Counted from the first letter of the stretch, positions 11,162 through 21,603 are shown. The stretch: 50,499 nucleotides of DNA from Cyanobacteriota bacterium (GCA_046045965.1 JBJOKS010000031.1:1-50499), one strand, 5' to 3'. The notes: generated by a model from the sequence alone, not told the origin. Numbers and translations are program-made.

Positions 11162-13420
11162 TTAAGTATTGCCTCGAATTGATTGAGAAAGGGCTTTAAA
11201 AATTATACCAGCTTCTGCCGGGGGTTTAAAGGTAAATTGCAAATAAAAGTTACCTGGAGTTGCTGGTTTATCTAAAACCTTGGCATAGATATCTTCGCTG
11301 TATTGGTTTTGATTATTAGTCATTAATAAATTCAGTTTAATATTACTTAAAGGAGATGGTAAAGTATCTGCGTTTCCTAGTTCAATTTGTACTTCTGCTC
11401 CTTTTTCAGAAAGTTTGATTAAACTACCTTTAAATATAGGTTCACAAACTTGTTTTCCTTCAAGTATTTGGTAGGTGATGGAAATTGGTTCTATGAGAGG
11501 AAAATATATATCAAGTTCTTTGGGTAAAAATAAATTGTATGGTTCACCAATGCCACCAATATCATAAACAGTAATTAGTTCTGTGATGCCTTTGGGTTTA
11601 ATTTTAAATTCGCCATGAATTCTGATTGTTGATGTTCCTATTGCTGTTAAAGTTGGCTCAGAAATGAGAATTTGTTTACCTGTGCTATAGCCTTCAATTC
11701 TAAAAGCCAGATTCATTTCTTTGCCAATGACGGTGTATTCTGTGTGCTTTTCTGAGCCAATATTGCCTACCACTACTTCACCAGTATTAATCCCGATACC
11801 CATTGATAAAGTTGGTAAATTTAATTGCTGTAATTTTTTGTTAACAGTTGTCATTGCTAACTGCATGGACACAGCACAAGCAACTGCTCGTTGAGGATCA
11901 TCTAATCTCATTGTTGGCGCACCAAAGAGAATGACAATACCATCTCCCATAAATTTGTCGATAGTTCCCTGGTATTGAGCGATCGCATCTAACATAGATT
12001 CCAGATAGATGTTGAGAATTGTTACCACCACTTCTGGGTCAAGCTTTTCTGATAGGGCTGTAAATCCTCTTAAATCCGAAGTAACGACGGTGATTCTTTG
12101 CCTTTTACCGCCAATTTTCAATCCTTCCGGGCTTTCCAGCAGAGTTGCAACTACCTCATCTGTGAGATAACGTCCAAAAGTTTTGCGAATTGAATCTGCG
12201 GTGTTTGCTATATATGCGGTAATCGCAATTACAGAACCTGTAAAGGCTAAAAATGGGGGAACTGCTGGCAACCACCAACCCCAAATTACAGCTATATATG
12301 TACTACCTAACAAAACTCCGGCGATTAATACCAGGGTAGCTCGGACAATGATTGATGTTAAGGATTTGTCCAAATATAGATATCGCCATTGCCAGGTAAA
12401 AGTAGCACCAACAAAAGCCCAGAAGATGATCCACAGGCATTCTTGGGTTTCTGACCAACTTTTAATCAAAGGGCGGCCTTCCATAGCCGCGCTAATAATT
12501 TGGCTGGTGAGATGTGCTTGAATTTCTACCCCTGGCATGGGTTCGGGAATACTCAGTAAATCTCCACTATAGGGAGTGTAAAATAAATCTTTGAAACTTT
12601 CACCGACTGCACCAATTAAGATAATGCGATCGCGCCCCCAATCTTTTGGTACTTTGTCTTCTAGAATATCTCTGAGGGAAACTGTATTAAAATAGCCAGC
12701 TTTTCCTCGGTAATTTAATAACACCTGATAACCACGATCATCAGCGCGGATATAACCACCATCATCAGCTTGAAACCGAGAAAATACGGTTTTACCTAAT
12801 TTCCAAAGTTTACCATTTTCCAGATTTTCAACAGCAATACCTTCTGGTTCTAAATAAAGTAAAGCTAGATAAAGACTAAAACTAAAGACATTGTTTTTAT
12901 TGGTATCTGCCAGATAAATAAAACCGCGTCGCACTTTGTTGTCTGCATCAACAATGACATCATTTGCCCCTACTTGTCCCTTAGCTTTAAGTACAGGTGG
13001 TGCAGGAACAGTATTACCATTGCGATCGCCCACTACTTTTTCAATCCCCACTAGATAGTCGGTAGATTTAAATACCTTGACTAAATCTTCATGGCCTGGT
13101 TCAAAAGGCAAATCTCGGTAAATATCCAAACCAATAGCCCGGGGCTTTCTTGCTTTCAGTTTCTCCAGCAACCGCGCATAGACACCATCAGCAATGTAAC
13201 CTTGTTGCAGATATTGTACATCCGCTTCCTCAATCCCGACAATCACAATGCGCTCATCTTGGGATTGAGCAGGTCGCCAACGCATATATTGATCAAAAGC
13301 TGCCCCTTCCCAAGATTGCAACAAACCAAGAAAACGCAAAAGGATGACTATGATCCCAATACTAGGGGCAGTAATCCCAACCGTACTCCATTCCCGCAAA
13401 AATTGTTTTATCTTTCCCAT
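11162..13420 (-). CDS. CHASE2-domain class III adenylate cyclase
   Basis: CHASE2 (AIGLDIYRD, MPGVEIQA), three TM helices, SDLRGFT, IDKFMGDG, EYTVIG and NLAFR catalytic motifs. Confidence 0.93.
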   Translation of the reverse strand: MGKIKQFLREWSTVGITAPSIGIIVILLRFLGLLQSWEGAAFDQYMRWRPAQSQDERIVIVGIEEADVQYLQQGYIADGVYARLLEKLKARKPRAIGLDIYRDLPFEPGHEDLVKVFKSTDYLVGIEKVVGDRNGNTVPAPPVLKAKGQVGANDVIVDADNKVRRGFIYLADTNKNNVFSFSLYLALLYLEPEGIAVENLENGKLWKLGKTVFSRFQADDGGYIRADDRGYQVLLNYRGKAGYFNTVSLRDILEDKVPKDWGRDRIILIGAVGESFKDLFYTPYSGDLLSIPEPMPGVEIQAHLTSQIISAAMEGRPLIKSWSETQECLWIIFWAFVGATFTWQWRYLYLDKSLTSIIVRATLVLIAGVLLGSTYIAVIWGWWLPAVPPFLAFTGSVIAITAYIANTADSIRKTFGRYLTDEVVATLLESPEGLKIGGKRQRITVVTSDLRGFTALSEKLDPEVVVTILNIYLESMLDAIAQYQGTIDKFMGDGIVILFGAPTMRLDDPQRAVACAVSMQLAMTTVNKKLQQLNLPTLSMGIGINTGEVVVGNIGSEKHTEYTVIGKEMNLAFRIEGYSTGKQILISEPTLTAIGTSTIRIHGEFKIKPKGITELITVYDIGGIGEPYNLFLPKELDIYFPLIEPISITYQILEGKQVCEPIFKGSLIKLSEKGAEVQIELGNADTLPSPLSNIKLNLLMTNNQNQYSEDIYAKVLDKPATPGNFYLQFTFKPPAEAGIIFKALSQSIRGNT

Positions 13421-13606
13421 ATCCCAGGTAAATCAATTAAGATCATCAATTGATTTTGGATTTAAACAGTTAAATTGTAATATCCTTGACAGGATAATAG
13501 TTAATTTTGCGGTAATTTCCATCTCAACATCATATATCTCCGAATTCTCAAAGAAGTCGGGGATATGGCTATTGGTTTTGACGGTTACATCAATCACAGA
13601 CTCATT

Positions 13607-14443
13607 CTAGGGTTGAGGGTTATTAGCAGAAATTTGACAGCAGTCAGAAGCAGAAATTTCCTTCAACTTTTCTAATTTCACAGAGGTTAAAAGTTCTACC
13701 CATTCTGCTTGTGCTTGGAGATTGTTACCTCTTCCAGCAGTAGCAGAAGCGCCATCGCGCAACTGATCGAGAATCTTCACAGTTTCATGCCAAAACCCAA
13801 ATTCTGAGTATAATCTTGCCTGTTCCAGAGAATCTTTTTTTACCTGCCTGATTCTAGCCTTTTGTTCAGAAGTTAAAGGAGTGCGTTTAAGCCAACCCTC
13901 TACTACTTTATCCGCTTCCCTCTCTTCAGGATTGCAGATCACCAAAACTTGCCACTGATATGTATTATTCGCTTTGATGTTGACGGTTTTCGGTATACTT
14001 ATTTTCACTATCCCCGGAGTATTCACCAGTGGAAAGGTTGTTTGATAAGCAATTGTTTCATCTTGTTTGTCAATCAGACGAAATTCAGCTTGTTTATCAA
14101 CTGCTTGAGGAATATACACATATACTTTGGGATCAAGTGCTGCTGTTGTCAAGACATTATTTTCTGGAGTCAAAGCAGTTATAGGTATTTTGCTCTCATC
14201 ACTACTGTTCACCACTGATTTAGCATTTGCGTTGTGATTATCACAAGCAGGTCCACGGGAACCCGCTCCTGAAGTTCTTGCCGGCGCTCCCAAATCTTTC
14301 ACTGGTGGGAATGTGAGGCTTACTTGCAATCCTTTGGATAATTGCGCGTTGCTTGTAGTTGGTAACACAGGAATCATCAAGATTGCCGTCAAAATACTCA
14401 GTGAGCGGGTTTTTACGGTACTGAAAGGAATTTTTATAGGCAT
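13607..14443 (-). CDS. DUF928 family exported protein
   Basis: Signal from MPIKIP; FPP..GAP.RT.GAGSRG..C, ALTP, YQWQVLVICN, EGW and GFWHE pattern; start at 14443 preferred. Confidence 0.85.
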   Translation of the reverse strand: MPIKIPFSTVKTRSLSILTAILMIPVLPTTSNAQLSKGLQVSLTFPPVKDLGAPARTSGAGSRGPACDNHNANAKSVVNSSDESKIPITALTPENNVLTTAALDPKVYVYIPQAVDKQAEFRLIDKQDETIAYQTTFPLVNTPGIVKISIPKTVNIKANNTYQWQVLVICNPEEREADKVVEGWLKRTPLTSEQKARIRQVKKDSLEQARLYSEFGFWHETVKILDQLRDGASATAGRGNNLQAQAEWVELLTSVKLEKLKEISASDCCQISANNPQP

Positions 14444-14603
14444 ATAGACTAGATTTGATGTAACGTTATATATCTCAACAATACCCAAAAAGTTGCTTGA
14501 TGCCAACAAGACAGACATAGAATTTCTTACTGCATCTGCCTTGATCTTGGTGTAATCTAGTCTACAAAGGATAAATAGGTTTTTCCAGAAAATTAAATCC
14601 ACT

Positions 14604-14859
14604 CCAATACTGTTCGGTTAAGGATTTTTGTCGGTTGGGTCTGAAGAAAGCGCAACCCAACAAATGCTTATAAATGTTGGGTTATGGCTGATACCTTCGG
14701 CGAGCGCAGAGATACGCCACGCTTTGCGTTCACGTAGTGTCCCGAAGGGATACCTTCCATTGCTATGGCTCCTGCGTCGCCACGCAAGCTATCGCAACGC
14801 TGATGCGAACAAACCAACCTACAAAATTCTATTTTTTGAGCTTAACCGACAAATATTGG
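14604..14859. mobile_element. Composite MITE-like element: 19-bp imperfect TIRs enclosing a REP-like doublet with nested GC-rich inserts
   Basis: CCAATACTGTTCGGTTAAG ... CTTAACCGACAAATATTGG; inner 14630-14822 resembles the element at 16115-16205. Confidence 0.7.
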
Positions 14860-14881
14860 GTTAGAATTTTGTTTATATAAA

Positions 14882-15724
14882 TTAAACAGAAATTAAATCG
14901 GCTGCATTATTTAATTTTTGACACAAAAACCCATACCACTCATCCAAACCCACACCAGTAGTAGCAGAAACTTGAAAAATCTGAATTTGTGGGTTTACCT
15001 GTTTTGCATATTCAATACATTTTTGAACATCAAACTGGAGATAGGGTAACAAATCAATTTTCGTAAGTATCATAATTTCACTAGCGCGGAAAATATGAGG
15101 GTATTTAATTGGTTTATCCTCACCTTCCGTCACAGAAAGAATGACTACTTTAGCCTGTTCTCCTAAGTCAAATAAAGCCGGACAAACCAAGTTTCCGACA
15201 TTTTCAATCATCACCACAGAATCTAATGGCGGGTTGAGTTCTTGTAAACCCCTTTCTATCATTGAAGCATCTAAATGACAGCCTGTTCCGGTGTTAATTT
15301 GCACCACTTTACAGCCTGTTGCTTTAATTTTTTCTGCATCATTGGTAGTTTCTTGATCACCTTCAATAACGCTAATAGTTAATTTGTCTTTTAAATCATT
15401 AATAGTCCGAGTTAATAAAGTTGTTTTTCCCGCACCAGGAGAACTCATTAAATTTAAAGCCAGGATATTTCTACCTTTAAACCAGCCTCTATTTTGGGCA
15501 GCTAATAAATTATTTTTACCTAATATTTCCTGTTCTAAAGATATTGTTGTATTATGAATTTTGGCGTGAATATTTGCTGCTGGTTCGTGAGAGTGATGAT
15601 TTTCATGGTGATGAGAATGGGTAATTACAGTCCCATCGGGTAAAGTATGGGTATGATGATGTTCATTTTCCATGTTGGTAATTGTTGCTTCGTTATCATC
15701 AGAACATCCACAGGTTACACACAT
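14882..15724 (-). CDS. hypB: Hydrogenase nickel incorporation GTPase HypB
   Basis: MCVTCGC, His-rich tract, SSPGAGKTT, ENVGNLVCP, TKID. Confidence 0.98.
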   Translation of the reverse strand: MCVTCGCSDDNEATITNMENEHHHTHTLPDGTVITHSHHHENHHSHEPAANIHAKIHNTTISLEQEILGKNNLLAAQNRGWFKGRNILALNLMSSPGAGKTTLLTRTINDLKDKLTISVIEGDQETTNDAEKIKATGCKVVQINTGTGCHLDASMIERGLQELNPPLDSVVMIENVGNLVCPALFDLGEQAKVVILSVTEGEDKPIKYPHIFRASEIMILTKIDLLPYLQFDVQKCIEYAKQVNPQIQIFQVSATTGVGLDEWYGFLCQKLNNAADLISV

Positions 15725-16056
15725 AATTCCTCTACCTCAATTTCTTTAATGTTTAATTCTTGACCAGTTATTAAATCTAATTCCACACTACCACATTCAC
15801 AGATACCAAAGGGTTTATCTACATAAAATGTAGCACCACATTGACGACATCTAGCCATTCCGGGTATTTCTATTATTTCTAATAAAGCACCTTCTACTAT
15901 TGTACCTTGGGCGCAAATATCAAAGCAGAATTTAATGGCATCGGGCATAATGGCGGAAAGTTTGCCAATTTCTAATAAGACTCTTTGAACTTTTTTGTTT
16001 TGGGCGTTTTCGCTGACGATGGCGATGATGTTTTGGGTTATTCCTAGTTCGTGCAT
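15715..16056 (-). CDS. hypA: Hydrogenase nickel metallochaperone HypA
   Basis: MHE start, CRQC and CECG zinc ligands. Confidence 0.97.
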   Translation of the reverse strand: MHELGITQNIIAIVSENAQNKKVQRVLLEIGKLSAIMPDAIKFCFDICAQGTIVEGALLEIIEIPGMARCRQCGATFYVDKPFGICECGSVELDLITGQELNIKEIEVEELCV

Positions 16057-16114
16057 AATATTTTTTTAACGAACCGCTCCAGGCGCAGAGGACACAGAGA
16101 TAAGAAGTGAAATT

Positions 16115-16205
16115 GTAGGTTGGGTTAAGCGACAGCGCAACCCAACAAATTTATGATAATTGTGTTTTTGAAGATGTTGGGGTTTCTTACGTCAACCCAA
16201 CCTAC
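16115..16205. repeat. GTAG-type REP-like inverted doublet
   Basis: GTAGGTTGGGTT...AACCCAAC ... GTTGGGG...AACCCAACCTAC. Confidence 0.75.
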
Positions 16206-16208
16206 AAT

Positions 16209-17339
16209 TTAGCAAATTCTTGGTAATTGATCACCTACTAGCATATCAACTATTCTTTCTGCACCAAAGGCGGTTTTTAAGAGGACTATTCCTGGTGGTG
16301 TGGGCATAATTTCACCGATGATAGATGCTTGTTTTCCTGTGGGATGATTTTTCATTGTTGATAATATTAATTTGGCTTTTTCTTTGGGTGCAACTATGAC
16401 TATTTTTCCTTCATTGGCTAAATATAAAGGATCTAAACCGAGTATTTCACACATTCCATTGACTTCTTCTCGCACAGGAATGGCTTTTTCATTAATACTA
16501 ATTCCCACATTTGCAGTTTGGGCAAATTCATTTAATACTGTGGCTAAACCTCCTCTAGTTGCGTCTCGCATGGCGTGAATTTCTGGACAAACTTTGATAA
16601 TTTCAGCGACTAATTCATGTAATGGTTGACAGTCACTTTCTATATCTGTTTCTAATTCTAATTCTCCTCTAGCAATTAATATTGCTGTTCCATGATTTCC
16701 GATTTCTCCGTTAATAATTACTACGTCTCCTGGTTGAATATTGCGGGGAGAAATATCAATACCTGTAGGTATAATACCAATTCCAGCGGTGTTTATAAAT
16801 AGTTTATCAGCACAACCACGATTAACAACTTTTGTGTCACCTGTAACTATTTGTACTCCTGCTTTTTGGGCTGCGGCTTGCATACTAGAAACCACTTTTC
16901 GCAAAGTTTCTAATGGCAAACCTTCTTCCAATATCATACTACAGGTAAGATATAAAGGTTTCGCACCACTAACAGCTAAATCATTAATAGTACCATTAAC
17001 CGCCAATTCTCCTATATCAGAACCGGGAAAAAACAAAGGATCAACTACATAAGAATCAGTAGTAAAAGCTAACCTATTTCCTAATTGAGAAAGTTGCGAT
17101 AAATCAAAACTAGCTTGATCTTCTAACTGTGATAAAATAGGATTATCAAAACTTTTAACAAACACATCATCAATTAAATCACGCATAGCTTTACCACCGC
17201 TACCATGAGATAAATTAATGTGAGTATCTTTGATTTTATTGGGGCGACGGCGCACTTGTTCTATTTTCTGAAACAGAGGATTTTGAGATTCGTGATTTTT
17301 GTAAACTTCCATATTAAACATATTATGAATTGCCACCAA
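16209..17339 (-). CDS. hypE: Hydrogenase maturation protein HypE (start may be slightly downstream)
   Basis: HGSGG, TTDSYVV, MRDATRGG, C-terminal LPRIC. Confidence 0.97.
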   Translation of the reverse strand: MVAIHNMFNMEVYKNHESQNPLFQKIEQVRRRPNKIKDTHINLSHGSGGKAMRDLIDDVFVKSFDNPILSQLEDQASFDLSQLSQLGNRLAFTTDSYVVDPLFFPGSDIGELAVNGTINDLAVSGAKPLYLTCSMILEEGLPLETLRKVVSSMQAAAQKAGVQIVTGDTKVVNRGCADKLFINTAGIGIIPTGIDISPRNIQPGDVVIINGEIGNHGTAILIARGELELETDIESDCQPLHELVAEIIKVCPEIHAMRDATRGGLATVLNEFAQTANVGISINEKAIPVREEVNGMCEILGLDPLYLANEGKIVIVAPKEKAKLILSTMKNHPTGKQASIIGEIMPTPPGIVLLKTAFGAERIVDMLVGDQLPRIC

Positions 17340-17448
17340 AAAAATTCTTTTCTTTCTTTTCTTTCTTTTCTTTGCGTCTTCGCTCCTTTGCGTCTTTGCG
17401 CGAAATAAAAAATAAATATTATAAATTTATCTAATAATCAATATAATT

Positions 17449-17474
17449 GGTGCGTAACGATAACGCACCCTACA
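17449..17474 (-). repeat. GTAG-type REP-like hairpin
   Basis: Minus strand GTAGGGTGCGTTATCGTTACGCACCA. Confidence 0.65.
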
Positions 17475-17476
17475 AA

Positions 17477-17692
17477 TTACCTCCCAGTTTCCTCATGCCT
17501 TCCGGCGTGTTTATCAGAATGTAAAATACCACCAACTGCCCAGTTTTCCCGTTCAAATTCATCAATATGAACAGTTATCCACTCAGGTTTAGTTCCCAAA
17601 GCAGAAACCAAAGCATCAGTCACAGCTTGGACTAATTTCCGCTTCTTTTCTATCGAGTGACCTTTTCCAATTTGAACAGTAACAAAAGGCAT
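17477..17692 (-). CDS. 4-oxalocrotonate tautomerase family protein
   Basis: N-terminal Pro (MPFVTV), ENWAVGG; usual position between hypD and hypE in Nostocales. Confidence 0.92.
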   Translation of the reverse strand: MPFVTVQIGKGHSIEKKRKLVQAVTDALVSALGTKPEWITVHIDEFERENWAVGGILHSDKHAGRHEETGR

Positions 17693-17719
17693 AGGAATTT
17701 CCTCAAAATGTACAATTAT

Positions 17720-18871
17720 CTAGCCCAGAGGAACAGGTACTTTTGCTTTTTTCTCCGCTTGTTTTGCCATTGTTGAAAGTCGCCCATATTTATAATATGC
17801 TGCACAAGCACCTTCGGAAGAAACCATGCAAGTGCCAATGGGACTTTCGGGAGTGCAAGCTGTTCCAAATACTTTACATTCCCAAGGTTTTAAAACTCCT
17901 TTGAGAATTTCTCCACATTGACAGGCTTTATGATCTGGAACTTTTAAATTAGGGATGGTAAATTTAATTTCAGCATCAAATTTGGCGTATTCTTCCCGTA
18001 TTTTAAAACCAGAATTGGGTATTTCTCCTAAACCGCGCCATTCAAATTTTTCACGCACTGTAAAAACTTGATTCATGGCTGCTAAGGCGTTTTTATTTCC
18101 CGCTGGTTCAACTAAACGATTATATTGATTTTCTACTTGACAACGATTTTCTACTATTTGTTTTAACAACATCCAAATTGATTGGAATATATCTAATGGT
18201 TCAAAGCCAGAAATAACGATGGGTTTATGATATGATTGGGAAATAAATTCATAAGGTTCTGTTCCTATAACCATGCTGACATGACCTGGACCGACAAAAC
18301 CATCAAGTTGTAAATCTGGGTTTTCTAATAATGCTTGTAATGCGGGAATTACTAATACATGATTGGAAAATAAACTAAAATTATTGATGTTTTCTGCGGC
18401 TGCTTGCAGGATGGTAAAAGCGGTGCTGGGGGCGGTGGTTTCAAAGCCTAAACCGAAGAAAACTATTTCTTTGTTGGGGTTTTCTTTGGCAATTTTTAGG
18501 CTATCCAAGGGTGAGTAAACCATGCGAATATCGGCACCTTGGGCTTTGGCTTGCAAGAGGCTAGTTTTGGAACCGGGTACGCGCATTGCGTCGCCAAATG
18601 TGGTAAAAATGATGTTGGGATCTTGGCAAAGTGCGATCGCATCATCTATTCTACCTTTGGGCATGACGCACACTGGACAACCCGGTCCATGAATTAATTC
18701 GATGTTATCAGGTAATATTTCTTCGATTCCGTATTTAAAGATAGAATGGGTATGACCGCCGCATACTTCCATTATTTTGAGATGTTTGTCTATTTGTCGG
18801 CTGAGTTTTTCGATTTCTTTTTGTAAGGCTTGGGCTTTTTCTGGGTTGCGAAATTCGTCTACGTATTTCAT
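17720..18871 (-). CDS. hypD: Hydrogenase formation protein HypD
   Basis: MKYVDEFR, CGGHTH, GPGCPVC, GFETT, CMVSSEGACAA. Confidence 0.98.
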   Translation of the reverse strand: MKYVDEFRNPEKAQALQKEIEKLSRQIDKHLKIMEVCGGHTHSIFKYGIEEILPDNIELIHGPGCPVCVMPKGRIDDAIALCQDPNIIFTTFGDAMRVPGSKTSLLQAKAQGADIRMVYSPLDSLKIAKENPNKEIVFFGLGFETTAPSTAFTILQAAAENINNFSLFSNHVLVIPALQALLENPDLQLDGFVGPGHVSMVIGTEPYEFISQSYHKPIVISGFEPLDIFQSIWMLLKQIVENRCQVENQYNRLVEPAGNKNALAAMNQVFTVREKFEWRGLGEIPNSGFKIREEYAKFDAEIKFTIPNLKVPDHKACQCGEILKGVLKPWECKVFGTACTPESPIGTCMVSSEGACAAYYKYGRLSTMAKQAEKKAKVPVPLG

Positions 18872-18930
18872 AATTTTTTGTTTCGCGCAAAGGCGCAAAG
18901 GTGCAAAGACGCAAAGGAATAAAAGAGATT

Positions 18931-19179
18931 TTAAGTGTAAGCTTGGGCTATTTCTTGGAGAAGTTTTAATGTTTCTGCTGCTTCTTGTTCGTTAATTCTA
19001 TTCATGGCAAAACCAACGTGAACGAGTACCCAGTCTCCTATACATTTTTCTGGTGGGTGTTGTTCATCGACGATACAAGCTATGTTTATTTGGCGTTTTA
19101 CTCCCCCAACGTTAACCATTGCTAGTTTATGTTCTGGGTTGGTTATTTCTACAATTTGTCCGGGTATTCCTAAACACAT
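18931..19179 (-). CDS. hypC: Hydrogenase chaperone HypC
   Basis: MCLGIPG and GDWVLVHVGFA. Confidence 0.97.
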   Translation of the reverse strand: MCLGIPGQIVEITNPEHKLAMVNVGGVKRQINIACIVDEQHPPEKCIGDWVLVHVGFAMNRINEQEAAETLKLLQEIAQAYT

Positions 19180-19231
19180 TTTTATTTGCCTTTTTTAAGA
19201 TAAATATCATCAAATACATCTGTTTTTTCTT

Positions 19232-19255
19232 GTGGGGTGGGCATCTTGCCCGCCC
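19232..19255 (+). repeat. 24-bp GTGG REP-like hairpin, identical copy at 28649-28672
   Basis: GTGGGGTGGGCATCTTGCCCGCCC at both positions. Confidence 0.85.
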
Positions 19256-21603
19256 TATTTATTCTTTAAGTAATTAGCAGCTGCAATAACTGCTTGTCCT
19301 AATGATAAACCACCATCGTTTGCAGGTACTATACTATGGGTGAAAACTTCTATTCCTAGTTTTTTTAATTGTTTGGTTGTTTGTTCTAAAAGTATCCGGT
19401 TCTGAAATACTCCTCCTGTTAATGCCACCTGATTAATTTTGTGTTCTTGGGTTAGTTGTTTCACTATTTCCGCTATCAAAACAGCTAAACTAATGTGAAA
19501 TTTGGCAGCTATTTCTGATGGTGAAATTTGCTGCTGTAGGTCTTTTAATATCTCCCCCCACATTTGGGCAGTGTCTATACTATATATTTTATCTAAGTTT
19601 TTAAATTTCAAGGGATAATTTATACTTTCTTCATCATTGTTTAATATGTTAACATTAGCAATTGACTCCATTTCTATGGCTGCTTGTCCTTCATAGCTAC
19701 ATTCTTCTCGACAAATACCTATAGCTGCTGCTACTGCATCAAATAATCTCCCAACTGATGATGCTAAGGGTGAGTTAATACCTTTATTTATCATCTGGTT
19801 AAGTAATTTTAATGGTTTTTGTTCGAGAAATTTGATAATTTCTAAGTCGGGATATTGCTGTTTTAATTCTTCCCATTTAAAGACGTTTGTTAATTGGGCG
19901 TAAGTGTTTCGCCAAGGTTGATAAATTGCTTGTTCTCCTCCTATCATGGGCATAGATTTAAATGTGGCTAAACGCCTACTTTCACAATAATCTGCTAGTA
20001 AAAATTCTCCACCCCATAATGTACCATCTGCACCATATCCTAAACCATCAAAGGCTATTCCTAAGACTGGTTTTGAATTTAGAGGAATTTGATTTTCTGC
20101 CATACAAGCTGCTATATGGGCGTGATGATGTTGAATTTCATTTAATTTAATTTGGTTAACTGTTGCTAGTTCTTTACCCAGCTTAGATGATAGATATTCT
20201 GGATGTTTATCAATGGCAATTATTTCTGGTTGATGTTGAAATAAGTTCAGATATAAATTTAATGTTTCTTGATAAGCATTAAAAGCTGCGGCGTTTTCCA
20301 AATCTCCCAAATGTTGTGATAAGATCGCTTCACCTTCACGTAATAAACAAAAGGTATTTTTCAACTCGCTACCCATTGCTAAAATAGATGGTATTTTTTC
20401 AAATCCTGATGGTAAAATAATTGGTGCTGGTGCATATCCCCTAGCGCGTCTGAGGGTTTGTATTTTCTCATCAATAACCCTGACAACTGAATCATCTACA
20501 CGGTTAACAATATCGCGATTATGTAACAAAAAATAATCAGCTATTTTAGATAATTTTTCTTTTGCATCTTCATTATCTATACATTGGGGTTCATCGGAAA
20601 TATTACCGCTAGTTAAGACTATTGGCGATTTCATCCTTCTGAGAATTAAATGATGTAAAGGGGTGTAAGGTAACATAAAACCCAAGGTATTTTGTCCTGG
20701 TGCAACTGACGCAGCAACTTTCTTATCTTCTTTGACTTTTAATAAAACAATAGGTGCGGTCGGACTATTTAATAAAGTTTTTTCTAAATCACAAACATGA
20801 CAATATTCAGATATAATATTGATATCTCTTGCCATTAAAGCAAAAGGTTTATGATAACGGTTTTTTCGTTCTCTTAATTTCTTAACTGCCGCTTCTTGAG
20901 TAGCATCACAAGCTAAATGAAAACCACCCAAACCTTTAATAGCGAGAATTTCACCCTTTTGTAATAAAGTACAAACCGCATCCACATCATCCAACATCGA
21001 GAACATATCAGCAATAACAGGTTTACCATCAGCACGTTCTAACCAAGCACTCGGACCACACTTAAAACAAGCTACAGGTTGGGCATGAAAACGGCGATTT
21101 TCTACATCTTGATATTCTTGTTCACAGTCTCCACACATGGGAAACTTCACCATACTCGTATTATGTCTATCGTAAGGAATAGCGCGAATAATAGTTAATC
21201 TTGGACCACAATGAGTACAATTAGTAAAAGGATAACGAAAATAGCGACTAAAGGGATCAAAAATTTCCTTTTGACATTGGGAACAAGTAGCAGCATCAGC
21301 AGCAACTTCTGTTTTTACAGTATTATTAACACTGTGAGAAATTACAAAATCATCAAAATCAAATTTACCCAAATATTGACTTCTCACCAACTCATTAATT
21401 TTCGCTAAAGGCGGACATTCTTGATATAACTTATCTACAAATTCTTGTAACTTTTCCTCACTCCCTGCAACCCGAATTAAAACCCCATCCCCATCATTAC
21501 AAACATCACCCTTCAAACCACAAACTTTCGCCAAACGATACACCGTAGGACGAAAACCCACACCTTGCACAGTACCCCGAACCCTAATTTCTTCTCTGAT
21601 CAT
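19255..21603 (-). CDS. hypF: Carbamoyltransferase HypF
   Basis: VQGVGFRP acylphosphatase-like domain, CxxC zinc fingers, QHHHAH, PANDGGLSLGQ. Confidence 0.98.
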   Translation of the reverse strand: MIREEIRVRGTVQGVGFRPTVYRLAKVCGLKGDVCNDGDGVLIRVAGSEEKLQEFVDKLYQECPPLAKINELVRSQYLGKFDFDDFVISHSVNNTVKTEVAADAATCSQCQKEIFDPFSRYFRYPFTNCTHCGPRLTIIRAIPYDRHNTSMVKFPMCGDCEQEYQDVENRRFHAQPVACFKCGPSAWLERADGKPVIADMFSMLDDVDAVCTLLQKGEILAIKGLGGFHLACDATQEAAVKKLRERKNRYHKPFALMARDINIISEYCHVCDLEKTLLNSPTAPIVLLKVKEDKKVAASVAPGQNTLGFMLPYTPLHHLILRRMKSPIVLTSGNISDEPQCIDNEDAKEKLSKIADYFLLHNRDIVNRVDDSVVRVIDEKIQTLRRARGYAPAPIILPSGFEKIPSILAMGSELKNTFCLLREGEAILSQHLGDLENAAAFNAYQETLNLYLNLFQHQPEIIAIDKHPEYLSSKLGKELATVNQIKLNEIQHHHAHIAACMAENQIPLNSKPVLGIAFDGLGYGADGTLWGGEFLLADYCESRRLATFKSMPMIGGEQAIYQPWRNTYAQLTNVFKWEELKQQYPDLEIIKFLEQKPLKLLNQMINKGINSPLASSVGRLFDAVAAAIGICREECSYEGQAAIEMESIANVNILNNDEESINYPLKFKNLDKIYSIDTAQMWGEILKDLQQQISPSEIAAKFHISLAVLIAEIVKQLTQEHKINQVALTGGVFQNRILLEQTTKQLKKLGIEVFTHSIVPANDGGLSLGQAVIAAANYLKNK

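Noticed and set aside
13728..13762. Possible 21-nt insert at a former HIP1 site in DUF928 (LRD-GASATAG-RG)
   Set aside because: The right half of HIP1 is not preserved; cannot be supported without an ortholog alignment
14628..14864. 78-aa ORF (likewise 28649-28837)
   Set aside because: Lies over composite repeat elements; no RBS or protein-like features
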